64,000 nucleotides of DNA from a phage: the NCBI GenBank assembly GCA_012813795.1, contig GCA_012813795.1_4087.1; one strand, given 5' to 3'. Shown here one piece after another: positions 1 through 9,865 of the stretch. Within the stretch, counting starts at the first letter, position 1, and every line of letters starts with the position of its first letter. A model generated the notes under the pieces. It was given only the letters and a program-made list of their open reading frames with translations, was not told the DNA's origin and searched no databases. Made by a program: the position numbers and the translations under genes.

Positions 1-2634
1 AACGCAGTAACTGTAAACGTCGGTGGTATTACTGCTAAAGGTGGCTTGACTGTTGCTTCTGGAAACTTGAAAGTTGCTGCTGCGGCAGTGGTTGATGGTT
101 CAGTAAGTGCTGGTTCATACACAAGTGCTGGAGATAAAATAACACTAGCTAAACCAACAGATGTTACTGGTGATTTGCACGTTGAAGGTGCTTTCACTGC
201 AACTTCCGTTGATTTTAGTGATACTAATTTGACTGTTAAATCACTACAAGTTAATAATGACGTTACTATTGATGGTAACTTAACTATCAAAAATGCTGAG
301 TTGGAAACTAACACATTAGCAAGTACTACAAGTACTACTGTTGGTACTGACCTAATTCTAACTACTGGTACAATTACTGGTGCTCCAATAATTTCTGGTG
401 CTACTACACTAAGTTCAACACTACATACAGTGGGTGCTGCAACTTTTGATAGTACTGTTGATGTTGGTGGTAAAATTACTTCTAAATCAATCCAAGTAAG
501 TGATACTGGTGTTGGTGTAGCTGTTGATAATGATGCAACTGTTGGTGGTTATTTGACAATTGGTGAAACATTAGGTGTTACTGGGTTAAGTACTCTATCT
601 GGTGGGGTTGATGCAGGTTCTGCATTAATTAAAACTACTGGTGAAGTTCAATCCGCAACTCTTCAAACTTCTGGTAAAGCAACACTAGCAAGTGTTGATG
701 TTTCAGGTGATGCAGTTGTTACTGGTGACCTAACTGTTAAAGGTGCATTTACACCTGAAGGTAGCCTAAACATAGGTTCTGCTGTTCTAAACGTTGAAGG
801 TATTGATGCAAGTGCTAACTTAACTGCACTCGGTTCTGTAACTGCTGGTACTACACTAACTGTTACTGGTGTTTCAACTCTAAATGGTGGTACTAACACT
901 ACTACTCTTTCAACAAGTGGTAAAGCTACATTAAGTAGTGCGGAAGTTACTGGTGCTCTAAGTGCTGGTGGTGCTTTAACTGTTACTGGCACTACAAATC
1001 TAACTGGAAAACTAACCGCTGGTGAAGCTGCTCTCAGTTCACTAACAGTTTCTGGTGATGTTACCATTAATGGAACACTAAACCCTGGAACATTGGATCT
1101 ATCTACTACTCCAGTTGATGCGAAAAGCTTGAAATCCAGAGAAACACTAGAAGTTACTGGCCTAAGCACACTAACTGGTGGTTTGGCTGTTAGTGCAAAT
1201 GCCGCAATCACTGCTGCTGGTGACATTACAGGTACGACAATTACCACAACTGGTAAAGGTACATTTGGTAGTGCAGAAGTAACTACTGGTTTGACTGTTG
1301 GTGGTGCTTTGGTTGTTAATGGTGCATCCGTGAACATCTCTGATGCTTCTACTGTGACTATGCCTAAAGCTGATATTTCTGCGAAAGGTATTATCATCGG
1401 TACTAAAGTTAGTTCAAGATCGGAAACTATCCAATTTGTTGGTGATACTTATATTGGTAATGACCTATTTGTTGCTGGTAATATTAACGGTTCAGTAGAT
1501 TTGGATGGTCAGGATATTTCCCTGAACTCATTAACTTCTAATACCACAATTCACGCAGTTGAGGATATTACTACTGATGAAGATATGCACGCACGTGCTG
1601 CAACATTCGGTGCAAAAGGTTCAACATCTAACAGCCTAACTGTTAATGGTAACGCAGTAACTACTGGCGACTTTACGGTTACTGGTAAGATTATTGGTAC
1701 ACTGGACCAATCTGCAAGTGCAGTCGAAGTTAAATCTCTAACTTCTACAACCTTTATCGCTGCTAACACAACCCTTACCGTTGGTTCAACAATCACTGCT
1801 GAAGGTTTGAGTACATTGAAAGGTGGTATTGTAACTAATGGTGCTACAATCAACGCTGGTGCTGGTGCTATCACCACAACTGGTGATGTTTCTGGTGCAA
1901 ACGTTAATGTATCTGGTGCAGTATCAACTGCAACTATTACAACTTCTGGCCTAGCAACTATGGCAAGTGCTAAGATTAACACTACTCTAGCAGTTACTGG
2001 TGCAACTACACTATCTGATGTTGTTACTATCGGTAAGAAACTAACTGTTAGTACTGGTGGTATCGAAATCACTGCGGGTGGCTTCAATGTAGTTGCGGGT
2101 GGTGCAGCAATTACTGGTGCTACTAACCTTAAAGGTGCTGTAACACTAGGTTCTGCGTCTGCTGATGCAATCACAGTTACTGGTACATCTTCATTTGCTG
2201 AAAATGCAACATTTGCTAAAGATGTAACTATTGAAGGTACACTACATACTGATATTGCTGATTTAGTAACTGAAAGTGTAACTACTAAAAAGTATGCTGT
2301 TACACCTGCTGCTAAAGTTACTGCTTCTGGTGTGGCTCCGTCTGAAGGGACATGGACACCTGATGGTCAATCAAATGTGTATTATATCACACTTGACCAA
2401 GCAACAACTACTCTTGGTCCAATTAACGGATTGATTGGAAGTGGGAAGGCTGGTTCTTACTATATCTACGTACAACAAGATGCAACTGGTGGACGTGAAT
2501 TTACCACTGATGGTACTTATGCAGTAGTAGGTGGTGAGATTAATAAAACACAAAATACAGTTAGTATCATTCAGTTGATTTATGATGGATACAGCCCAGT
2601 AGTAGATATGTTTATAGCTCAACGTACTGCTTAA
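1..2634 (+). CDS. Tail fibre-like structural protein, 5' end lies outside the window
   Basis: Reading frame is open from nt 1 (track ORF 46..2634 begins at TTG); long Thr/Gly/Ser/Val-rich quasi-repetitive sequence typical of fibrous proteins. Confidence 0.6.
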   Translation, partial: NAVTVNVGGITAKGGLTVASGNLKVAAAAVVDGSVSAGSYTSAGDKITLAKPTDVTGDLHVEGAFTATSVDFSDTNLTVKSLQVNNDVTIDGNLTIKNAELETNTLASTTSTTVGTDLILTTGTITGAPIISGATTLSSTLHTVGAATFDSTVDVGGKITSKSIQVSDTGVGVAVDNDATVGGYLTIGETLGVTGLSTLSGGVDAGSALIKTTGEVQSATLQTSGKATLASVDVSGDAVVTGDLTVKGAFTPEGSLNIGSAVLNVEGIDASANLTALGSVTAGTTLTVTGVSTLNGGTNTTTLSTSGKATLSSAEVTGALSAGGALTVTGTTNLTGKLTAGEAALSSLTVSGDVTINGTLNPGTLDLSTTPVDAKSLKSRETLEVTGLSTLTGGLAVSANAAITAAGDITGTTITTTGKGTFGSAEVTTGLTVGGALVVNGASVNISDASTVTMPKADISAKGIIIGTKVSSRSETIQFVGDTYIGNDLFVAGNINGSVDLDGQDISLNSLTSNTTIHAVEDITTDEDMHARAATFGAKGSTSNSLTVNGNAVTTGDFTVTGKIIGTLDQSASAVEVKSLTSTTFIAANTTLTVGSTITAEGLSTLKGGIVTNGATINAGAGAITTTGDVSGANVNVSGAVSTATITTSGLATMASAKINTTLAVTGATTLSDVVTIGKKLTVSTGGIEITAGGFNVVAGGAAITGATNLKGAVTLGSASADAITVTGTSSFAENATFAKDVTIEGTLHTDIADLVTESVTTKKYAVTPAAKVTASGVAPSEGTWTPDGQSNVYYITLDQATTTLGPINGLIGSGKAGSYYIYVQQDATGGREFTTDGTYAVVGGEINKTQNTVSIIQLIYDGYSPVVDMFIAQRTA

Positions 2635-2642
2635 TATATATG

Positions 2643-2663
2643 GTGCGGGGATTTTCCCCGCAC
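2643..2663 (+). terminator. Stem-loop directly after fibre gene stop
   Basis: GTGCGGGG-ATTTT-CCCCGCAC perfect 8-bp GC-rich stem; weak T-tract after it. Confidence 0.4.
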
Positions 2664-2702
2664 TGTATTGTAAATAATTTAATTTTTTAATGAGGTAATA
2701 TT

Positions 2703-3479
2703 ATGGCTCAATTTACATATGTAAGTGGTAGTTCACCTACTGATTATAAACTAGGAAATATAATTTCAAATCCAATAAATGTAAAAGGTCTTTCATTAAG
2801 TCCACCACCACCCAATGATCCTACTGGTGAATATCATTATACCTACAGCGATATTAGACCATTGTATGGTATAAAAACATCACCCGATGCAGTACTACCA
2901 ATAAAAACTGATGAAGTTCGTAAACTTGAAGGTTTTTGGTGGTTGGATTATGCATCAATTGGAGACAAAAACACCAAAGGTGAATATCTAGAATATCGTA
3001 AACCAAAAGGTGATGCAGTAGTTACATTTAACGAAACCGAAGTAGCACCATATGCAGCATTAACAGCAGTAAAAACACAAACCTACATTGATATGGATTT
3101 GGCTGATGTTAAAGCTGATTTGAAGCAAAGAACCGCATCTGAACGAGATAATTTAATTAATAGTGGTTATCATTACGGAACAGTTGATGTAACATTCCCT
3201 AGTGATGTTAATGGTCGTCAGATGTTAAACAACTATTATACACAAGCGATTAATGGTTCCCAAACTATTAATATCTATCTAGATAGTGGTGAGATTGTAA
3301 CAGTTGATGGTGATGAGATGGTTGAAATTTTCAATGGTCTATTGGCACAAATCGACGGTTACTTTGATGCAGCAACTGCACAACAAACTGCAATTGATGC
3401 AGCAACTACAATCATTGATGCACAAAAAGCAGCAACTTTTGTATATCCAGATCAATCTAAGATCCCAGTACGTGATTAA
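2703..3479 (+). CDS. Hypothetical protein between two fibre genes (possible fibre-associated protein)
   Basis: 258-aa ORF, GAGG ribosome-binding site upstream, position in fibre cluster. Confidence 0.5.
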   Translation: MAQFTYVSGSSPTDYKLGNIISNPINVKGLSLSPPPPNDPTGEYHYTYSDIRPLYGIKTSPDAVLPIKTDEVRKLEGFWWLDYASIGDKNTKGEYLEYRKPKGDAVVTFNETEVAPYAALTAVKTQTYIDMDLADVKADLKQRTASERDNLINSGYHYGTVDVTFPSDVNGRQMLNNYYTQAINGSQTINIYLDSGEIVTVDGDEMVEIFNGLLAQIDGYFDAATAQQTAIDAATTIIDAQKAATFVYPDQSKIPVRD

Positions 3480-3488
3480 TAAACACTA

Positions 3489-3520
3489 AGGTCAACTATG
3501 GTTGGCCTTTTCTTTTTCTT
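3489..3520 (+). terminator. Rho-independent terminator candidate
   Basis: AGGTCAAC-tatg-GTTGGCCT hairpin (one G-U pair) followed by TTTCTTTTTCTT. Confidence 0.5.
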
Positions 3521-3522
3521 AA

Positions 3523-3530
3523 AATAAATA
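3523..3530 (+). promoter_or_regulatory. T4 late-promoter-like motif AATAAATA about 30 nt upstream of the 3561 start
   Basis: ATAAATA core of the T4 TATAAATA late promoter consensus, read on plus strand. Confidence 0.25.
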
Positions 3531-3560
3531 CTTGATATAATTGTATGAGGATAGTCAATA

Positions 3561-5534
3561 ATGTCAATTAATAGAATTCGTGGTGATGGTGGTGTTATCA
3601 TAGATAGCAAAGCTTTCCTTGAACTACCAAAAGCCCCAACGATAGTAACAGCAGACCAAATGCGTACAGGTATGATTCGATACAACACTGAATGGAAAGC
3701 ATTCGAAGGTGTTCTCGAATTTGAAGATGGTTCAGTTGCGTATAGACGTTTTGCAAACCTAGATGCAAATGGCAAACTATTGTCATCTCAATTACCAGAT
3801 TCTGTAACAAGTGGATTGCAATTCCTTGGTACATATGATGCTATTGAAGATGATACAAATCCACCAGCATCCTATACAGCATTACCTGCACCATCTGTTT
3901 CCTTAAATGGTGATTATTATGTTGTTCGTGGTGTTATGGATGCAGCACAAGAGCACTATACACAAAATACCCCCACAACAAGCCCAGTTAAATTCACACC
4001 AGTGAATCCAACTGGTCAAGGTGATTGGATTGAAATTCTATATTATATAGATCAAAACCCAATTGAACCAACTAAAAAATTGGTAAGTTATGCGTTTGCT
4101 CGTATTATAACAACTGCAATCCCAGCAAGTGGTCATGAAGGTCTTGTGAATTTGGCACAAGATGAATCGATCACTACACCTTTTGATACATCTTTGACAC
4201 CACAAGGCCAAACTGCATTAGCTGATAGTGACTGGATTATCATCACTGAAACTAAAAACATTCGCCTACGTCAGTCAAGAGCTAGTATTTCAGCTTCTTC
4301 AGTACTGTATGATAACACTATCATGGTTGGTAGTCAACGTCAATTTAGTACCAACGCAGGTACAGTTCAAACTACCTTAGATAACCTCGTATTAGAGGGC
4401 TTACGCCGCACTGGTGACTCTATGGTTGATGATGGACTGATAGGCAAAGGAAGACTAGGGGTAACTTATGGTAGTGCTACAGAGCCAGCTATAGGCTTTA
4501 ATAACGCACCATATGACCCAAACACTAACCCAGGAAACGATCCAAGTAAATGGACTGACACAAAAACTGGTATTTTCCACCCAGCAGATGCCGCTATTGG
4601 TTTAACCACAGCAGGTGTTGAACGTGTGCGAGTAACAAATGGTTCTTTGAATTTATATCAAAGCACTACTACCCCCGCATCTGCACCAACATTACGTTTT
4701 GCTAATGCTTCCAACACAAACGTAGGCATTAGTGGTGAAAATAATATTTTGTCATTTAGTTCTATGAACAAAGTACAAGTTGAAATACAAAATGGTGTAA
4801 CCAAATTACATGGAAACTTAGAAGTTGATGGTATTAGTACTTTAACGGGTGATGTTACGGCGGTTTCAAATGTTACAACTAATGGTAATTTGAACGTTAA
4901 AGGGAATACTATATTAGGAACTGGTAGTTCAACTAATTTATTAACAGTTAACTCGGTGTCCACGTTTAATAAAGAAACTAATTTTATCAATGCTAATAAT
5001 AATTTTAATGGAATCCTGCTAACCAGTGGTAATTCATTTAGATTTGCACACGTTACCAACGATATTAATATGAAACTACTAAACGGTGAATTGCGTATGG
5101 ATGTTCGTGGTTATGCGGATTTATCTGTATATGACAGTAATGTGTTGCGTACACGTATTAACCGTTATGGTATCCAATTACCAGTACTGACAACTGTTAA
5201 TGACAGTGAAGGTGTTGATGGTATGATTGCGTACTCTGAACAGAATAGAACATCAATGCAGAAAGTTGATGGTAAATGGGTTCCGATTGGTTCTGGTACA
5301 GTAAGAACTACATTATTCACTGTTGATAATTGGGTACTTGATGGTGCATATTACAGACTGACAGTTCCAGAAACTGATATAGTTAATGCTGAAATTCAAG
5401 AACAAGTAGCAACTGATGAATTTGTTAAAGTTGATGTTGATAGTGTTAAGTTTACATTAACTGGTGTAGTTTATAGTATTCCTTCTTCTCCTGATGTTCG
5501 TTTTGCAGGAAGAACATTAGTAACCGTGAAATAA
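3561..5534 (+). CDS. Tail fibre / receptor-binding-type structural protein
   Basis: 657-aa ORF, Asn/Thr/Ser/Gly-rich with NGNLNVKGNTILGTG-type repeats; location next to other fibre genes. Confidence 0.55.
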   Translation: MSINRIRGDGGVIIDSKAFLELPKAPTIVTADQMRTGMIRYNTEWKAFEGVLEFEDGSVAYRRFANLDANGKLLSSQLPDSVTSGLQFLGTYDAIEDDTNPPASYTALPAPSVSLNGDYYVVRGVMDAAQEHYTQNTPTTSPVKFTPVNPTGQGDWIEILYYIDQNPIEPTKKLVSYAFARIITTAIPASGHEGLVNLAQDESITTPFDTSLTPQGQTALADSDWIIITETKNIRLRQSRASISASSVLYDNTIMVGSQRQFSTNAGTVQTTLDNLVLEGLRRTGDSMVDDGLIGKGRLGVTYGSATEPAIGFNNAPYDPNTNPGNDPSKWTDTKTGIFHPADAAIGLTTAGVERVRVTNGSLNLYQSTTTPASAPTLRFANASNTNVGISGENNILSFSSMNKVQVEIQNGVTKLHGNLEVDGISTLTGDVTAVSNVTTNGNLNVKGNTILGTGSSTNLLTVNSVSTFNKETNFINANNNFNGILLTSGNSFRFAHVTNDINMKLLNGELRMDVRGYADLSVYDSNVLRTRINRYGIQLPVLTTVNDSEGVDGMIAYSEQNRTSMQKVDGKWVPIGSGTVRTTLFTVDNWVLDGAYYRLTVPETDIVNAEIQEQVATDEFVKVDVDSVKFTLTGVVYSIPSSPDVRFAGRTLVTVK

Positions 5535-5563
5535 AAAAAGGGAGACAAATGTCTCCCTTTTCT
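5533..5563. terminator. Bidirectional rho-independent terminator at the convergence of plus and minus transcription
   Basis: AAAAAAA-GGGAGAC-aaat-GTCTCCC-TTTTCT; A-tract and T-tract flank a perfect GC-rich stem, so it works on both strands. Confidence 0.75.
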
Positions 5564-5564
5564 A

Positions 5565-6494
5565 TTATACAGCCATTGGTGCTTTGATTGTTGGCATTGG
5601 ATTGTAATTCAAAAGTTTGAAAGAATCCATTGTAAAATCTTCAATATCGGTAATTGAAGGATCTAGCCATAGTTCTGGTAATTCACGTGGTTCACGTTGA
5701 AGTTGTTCTTTTACTTGTTCAACGTGGTTTTTGTAAATGTGACAATCACCACCATTCCAAATAAACTCACCAACCTCAAGTCCAGTGATTTGTGCAATCA
5801 TATGGGTTAGTAGTGAATAGCTACTAATATTAAATGGTACTCCCAAAAATAGATCCGCACTGCGTTGATGTAGAATACAGCTTAGCTTGCCCTGTACGAC
5901 ACAAAACTGTACAAAGCTATGGCAGGGTGGTAAAGTCATATCATCAAGCTCACCGACGTTCCAGGCACTTAGAATGTGACGGCGACCATATGGGTCGGCT
6001 TTAATACCCTCAATAACTTGTTTTAGCTGGTCAGTAACTCGACGCATAACAACACCATGAGCACCAGTATAATCAATAACTTTATAACCTTTATCTTTCA
6101 ATTCTTGAATTTCTTCAGTACTGGTACTGAATTTATAATCTTCCCATTCACGCCATTGCTTACCATAAACTGGTCCAAGCTCACCATTAGAATATCCAAG
6201 AGCTACACCTTGATTAAGGTAGTTATCTGTCCAAATTGTTTTCTTTTCCCAATCACGAGTGCCGTGTAGAATTTCACACAAGCGACGCTCATCATGAGAA
6301 CCTTCAATGAACCATAATAATTCTGAAGTCATTGCTTTCCAAGCTAAACGTTTGGTTGTCACTGCTGGAAAGCCTTGTTGAAGGTCAAAACGCATTTGTT
6401 GACCGATTAGTTTGATAGTACCTACACCTGTACGATCAGTACTTTCTACGCCTTCATCCAGAATTTTTTGATATAGTTCTTGTAGTTGTTTCAT
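5565..6494 (-). CDS. thyA: Thymidylate synthase
   Basis: Conserved ThyA blocks: VYGKQWR, ILSAWNVGEL, LPPCH, LSCILHQRSADLFLGVPFNI, GGDCHIY. Confidence 0.95.
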   Translation of the reverse strand: MKQLQELYQKILDEGVESTDRTGVGTIKLIGQQMRFDLQQGFPAVTTKRLAWKAMTSELLWFIEGSHDERRLCEILHGTRDWEKKTIWTDNYLNQGVALGYSNGELGPVYGKQWREWEDYKFSTSTEEIQELKDKGYKVIDYTGAHGVVMRRVTDQLKQVIEGIKADPYGRRHILSAWNVGELDDMTLPPCHSFVQFCVVQGKLSCILHQRSADLFLGVPFNISSYSLLTHMIAQITGLEVGEFIWNGGDCHIYKNHVEQVKEQLQREPRELPELWLDPSITDIEDFTMDSFKLLNYNPMPTIKAPMAV

Positions 6495-6497
6495 TGT

Positions 6498-7088
6498 TCA
6501 TCCTTGAAAAAATGTTGTAAAGTGCATCATATGCTTTTCTTGTGCATTTCTTGAGCCTATTCCCGTCCAATTTCCATGTGGCTTAGGTACTGATGCGGTT
6601 TCTTCGAATTCTTTTAGTACTGGATTATATGAATATACTTTTCTGTCATTAATGTCATAGCAGTATATTTCAGGATTATCAGTACTGTCAATATACATTT
6701 GTACAGCCCATGCAGTACCACCACTGACTTGAGTAGGTGAAACCAGTGATGCCATACAATAAACTCTCTCTGTGTTTAAAATTTGATATCTATTACGTGC
6801 TAATAGATTATAAACATATGAGCCAGGTTTAGGAACACGGCGTTGTAATGAATAACATGCCATGTTTAGTTGGTGTAGAATAGAACTATCATTCAAAATA
6901 TAAGATGGGATTTCTAATATAGTACTTTCATCAACACTATGATTATGATTTTTGAATGAAAAGTTAATTACATTAAAACCATTTTCCATAGCATATAAAG
7001 TAAAAAAGCGGTCTGCACCTTGTGCACCACCGCTATAAAATGTATTAGTTAATCCCTTGATTGCTTCATCAAGTTCATTTATCGTCAT
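6498..7088 (-). CDS. Hypothetical protein with YSGGAQGADR motif (possible Rossmann-like DprA/SLOG-type fold)
   Basis: 196-aa ORF; glycine-rich motif only, fold assignment is a guess. Confidence 0.5.
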   Translation of the reverse strand: MTINELDEAIKGLTNTFYSGGAQGADRFFTLYAMENGFNVINFSFKNHNHSVDESTILEIPSYILNDSSILHQLNMACYSLQRRVPKPGSYVYNLLARNRYQILNTERVYCMASLVSPTQVSGGTAWAVQMYIDSTDNPEIYCYDINDRKVYSYNPVLKEFEETASVPKPHGNWTGIGSRNAQEKHMMHFTTFFQG

Positions 7089-7401
7089 TCTTATGTTCCA
7101 AAGCAGACATTAATTCTTGTAAATTCTCATCCTCTAATGCGAAACTGGTTTCAAGGGCTGCCAAAATGACAGCACCAGCTTTGATTAAGGACTCTCTAAA
7201 TTCATCGAATGATACATGCTTATCGGGGCGAGTTGCCCCTTCGAAGAGATAATAGGCACATAAGGAAGCCCAATCATTCTTTGTTTTAAGTGTATCAGAT
7301 AATGTATTTGGATTATCTATTTGTTTCTGTCTTTCTTCAGTTATTTTGAGAATGATATCTTCTCTAGTAACTTTAGCCATTCTTACGCTCTGCAAAAACA
7401 A
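7075..7401 (-). CDS. Hypothetical protein
   Basis: 108-aa ORF in the co-directional gene series, short overlap with neighbours. Confidence 0.55.
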   Translation of the reverse strand: MFLQSVRMAKVTREDIILKITEERQKQIDNPNTLSDTLKTKNDWASLCAYYLFEGATRPDKHVSFDEFRESLIKAGAVILAALETSFALEDENLQELMSALEHKNDDK

Positions 7402-8029
7402 GTTTTAGTTTCTCAATTGCTTTGGTTTGAGAAATACCTTCTGGGAGTTCAATGTAAAAAACTTTCTTATCAGAATCAGTTTTCACATTCGTTTCGTTGG
7501 GACGAAGAGAAGGTTCTAGGTTATAAGCACGCTCATAATGCTCTTTAGATAATTGATCATATTTTGCAGCAGTTTTTAGTAGTTCATCAACAATAGTTTC
7601 ATCTTCGACTTTTGTATCTTGAACTTGTGGATTGAATGGGTTGTAATCTTTTACTTTACCATCTTCATGTTTTTTACTTTCATTACCGTCGATTGCATCA
7701 TTCAGTACATCAAGTGAAATCTTGTTGTTACCGCCAGTGTGCATGTCAATATCACAAGTACGGACCTTACGTAGATATTGTAGATTGTGAAGAACATCTA
7801 GCATTTTACGACCATCGAGATAACCTACTTGATGCATAACTTCCCAAAGTTCAACAGAAGCTTGTCCACGACCCATAACTAAATCGGTTACAGCAGATAC
7901 ATATGCTTCTGGAAGTGAGTCACGATACACCACTAGACAATGATCATGATCATCTGGAAGTGAACGCCAAACAACGAAAACACGAGAACCAGTATTACGA
8001 ATTACACCTGTGTGACGAATAGCAGCCAT
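7373..8029 (-). CDS. Hypothetical protein
   Basis: 218-aa ORF, consistent strand and packing. Confidence 0.6.
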   Translation of the reverse strand: MAAIRHTGVIRNTGSRVFVVWRSLPDDHDHCLVVYRDSLPEAYVSAVTDLVMGRGQASVELWEVMHQVGYLDGRKMLDVLHNLQYLRKVRTCDIDMHTGGNNKISLDVLNDAIDGNESKKHEDGKVKDYNPFNPQVQDTKVEDETIVDELLKTAAKYDQLSKEHYERAYNLEPSLRPNETNVKTDSDKKVFYIELPEGISQTKAIEKLKLVFAERKNG

Positions 8030-8271
8030 TATTCTTCCCCTTCTGTACCAGCGGTATCTTGTGCTTGAGCAGCAGCTTCTTCACGTTCTTTGATATCAGC
8101 AAGTGCTTTATCAGCAAATTTAACGAACTTAGAAACAATTGGTGCTACGTTCACTAGTTCATCAACTTGAAACGCATTACGTGCAACCGCAGATTCCATA
8201 ATACGAGCAGCGTTGATTAGGTCAACTAGGTCTAGGATTACTTCGTCTTGTGCATTGTTTTCAGTACTCAT
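8029..8271 (-). CDS. Hypothetical small acidic protein
   Basis: 80-aa ORF, start overlaps stop of upstream gene. Confidence 0.55.
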   Translation of the reverse strand: MSTENNAQDEVILDLVDLINAARIMESAVARNAFQVDELVNVAPIVSKFVKFADKALADIKEREEAAAQAQDTAGTEGEE

Positions 8272-8346
8272 ATATTACTCTCCATGTATGTTATTACAAT
8301 TTCCATTATATCATAGTTAATTGGGTTGTCCCAATTATAAAATAAA

Positions 8347-8368
8347 AGAGAACGACGAATCGTTCTCT
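8347..8368 (-). terminator. Rho-independent terminator after the VWA gene
   Basis: AGAGAACGA-cgaa-TCGTTCTCT hairpin; T-rich tract on the minus-strand side (complement of aaaataaaag). Confidence 0.5.
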
Positions 8369-8378
8369 ATATTTATTT

Positions 8379-9854
8379 TTACGAACGTTGGCGTTTTTTG
8401 TCCGCTTCATATTCGTAGTGAACAGTTTCACCAAATGGTGCTACTTTGTTCGGGTTACTGTGGATTACAAACAGTGTTTTACAGTAGTTAGGATCACCCC
8501 ATGACTGCCACGGTTCACCATCGGTAAACATGATAAGCTGCTTAGGCTTATAATTGTCATGCTTCATGTGAACCCAAACTGCTTCAAAGTCAGTACCGCC
8601 ACCACCTTTAACTGGATATTCAAGAATCTTACGTTCTTCACCAGTTTTATAATCCATCACAGTATAAACTTCAGTATCAAATGTCATGATACGAATTTTA
8701 AACTGCTTGAATTGTTTAGTGATGCCTAGTACTTCACTGATGAAATCGCGAAGCATATCTTCACTGATAGAGCCTGATGCATCGAGTGCAATTGCAATAT
8801 CAATATCGTCATCTGGTTTCATGCCTGGGAAGATTGGATTCCCATAGAATGAACCGTTAGAACCAAAACCAGCACCCCACGAACGGCGGCTTGGGCTTTG
8901 ATAGGTCGCATCGGACTTCAACCAACTACGAAGAGTACGTTGAAGTTTAGAACGCCAGTCAATTTTTGGTTCTTTAAAGTTATTGATCATACGAGCGATT
9001 TCAGCAGGAGTACCACCTGCACGAGCAGCATTCATCATTGCTGTTTTGAAATCGTCCATGTATTCACGTTTTTGTGCTTCAGATGCACCACCTTCACCAC
9101 CTTCACCATCTTGTGGTACATCGTGTTGGTCAATGGTAGTGCCTTTGCCTTTACCATTTTGGATATCACCAAAAGTACCGCGTGATTTACCTTCACCTTC
9201 ACCACTACCAGATTGTGGCTGACCTTCACCTTCATCTTGATCTTGTTTATCTTCTTCTTCTAGAAGAATATAAATCTCTTCGGCGGTCATACCATCATAC
9301 TTCTTATCATACAACCATTGACTTTGAATCTTACCAATTTTTTCACGAACAATAATTTGGTTGATTGCGTAGTCTGCTGCACGGTTGTAGCGTTGTGGGT
9401 CACGCATACCACGACGAAGGAAGTGATCGTATGCACAGTGAAGAATTTCATGACAGATAACTGCAATCAGGTTTTCATCAGTCAAACCTTCGGTCATTTC
9501 TTTCAATTGTTCTTCAGTTACTTCAGGATGCTTCTCACGAATTGCTTCTTCGTATGCTTCTTTCTTGCTTGGGTCTTGAATACCCATGATAAATTCTACG
9601 TTATAGAATAAATGTTTACCATCTACTGCTAAGGTACGACACCATGTATTGTTTGCAACTGGACGCAGACGTGAAGCCAGTACACCAAAGAATGGAGCAG
9701 TTAACATCAGAGAAGTACGAGCAAGAATCAAACGGTCTTGGCATTCTTTCTGGAGTTGTGGTGTTACGTCGCTAAATTTCTTATCGGACATGATATTTCC
9801 TCGTTTAGTTAAGATAAAAGAAGGATACCATGTGGCATCCTTCTTGTCAAACAT
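8379..9854 (-). CDS. VWA-domain protein with N-terminal putative metallopeptidase domain (HExxH)
   Basis: HEILHCAYDH zinc-peptidase-like motif; C-terminal DIDIAIALDASGSIS MIDAS-type VWA motif; Gly/Glu-rich linker. Confidence 0.75.
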   Translation of the reverse strand: MFDKKDATWYPSFILTKRGNIMSDKKFSDVTPQLQKECQDRLILARTSLMLTAPFFGVLASRLRPVANNTWCRTLAVDGKHLFYNVEFIMGIQDPSKKEAYEEAIREKHPEVTEEQLKEMTEGLTDENLIAVICHEILHCAYDHFLRRGMRDPQRYNRAADYAINQIIVREKIGKIQSQWLYDKKYDGMTAEEIYILLEEEDKQDQDEGEGQPQSGSGEGEGKSRGTFGDIQNGKGKGTTIDQHDVPQDGEGGEGGASEAQKREYMDDFKTAMMNAARAGGTPAEIARMINNFKEPKIDWRSKLQRTLRSWLKSDATYQSPSRRSWGAGFGSNGSFYGNPIFPGMKPDDDIDIAIALDASGSISEDMLRDFISEVLGITKQFKQFKIRIMTFDTEVYTVMDYKTGEERKILEYPVKGGGGTDFEAVWVHMKHDNYKPKQLIMFTDGEPWQSWGDPNYCKTLFVIHSNPNKVAPFGETVHYEYEADKKRQRS

Positions 9855-9865
9855 TCTTTTAGTTA

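Noticed and set aside
663-2622. Minus-strand ORFs 663..1397, 1551..2174 and 2371..2622 inside the first fibre gene
   Set aside because: They are antisense to a long plus-strand gene and Ala/Pro/Val-rich as expected from reading a Thr/Gly/Ser-rich repetitive gene backwards; no independent signals.
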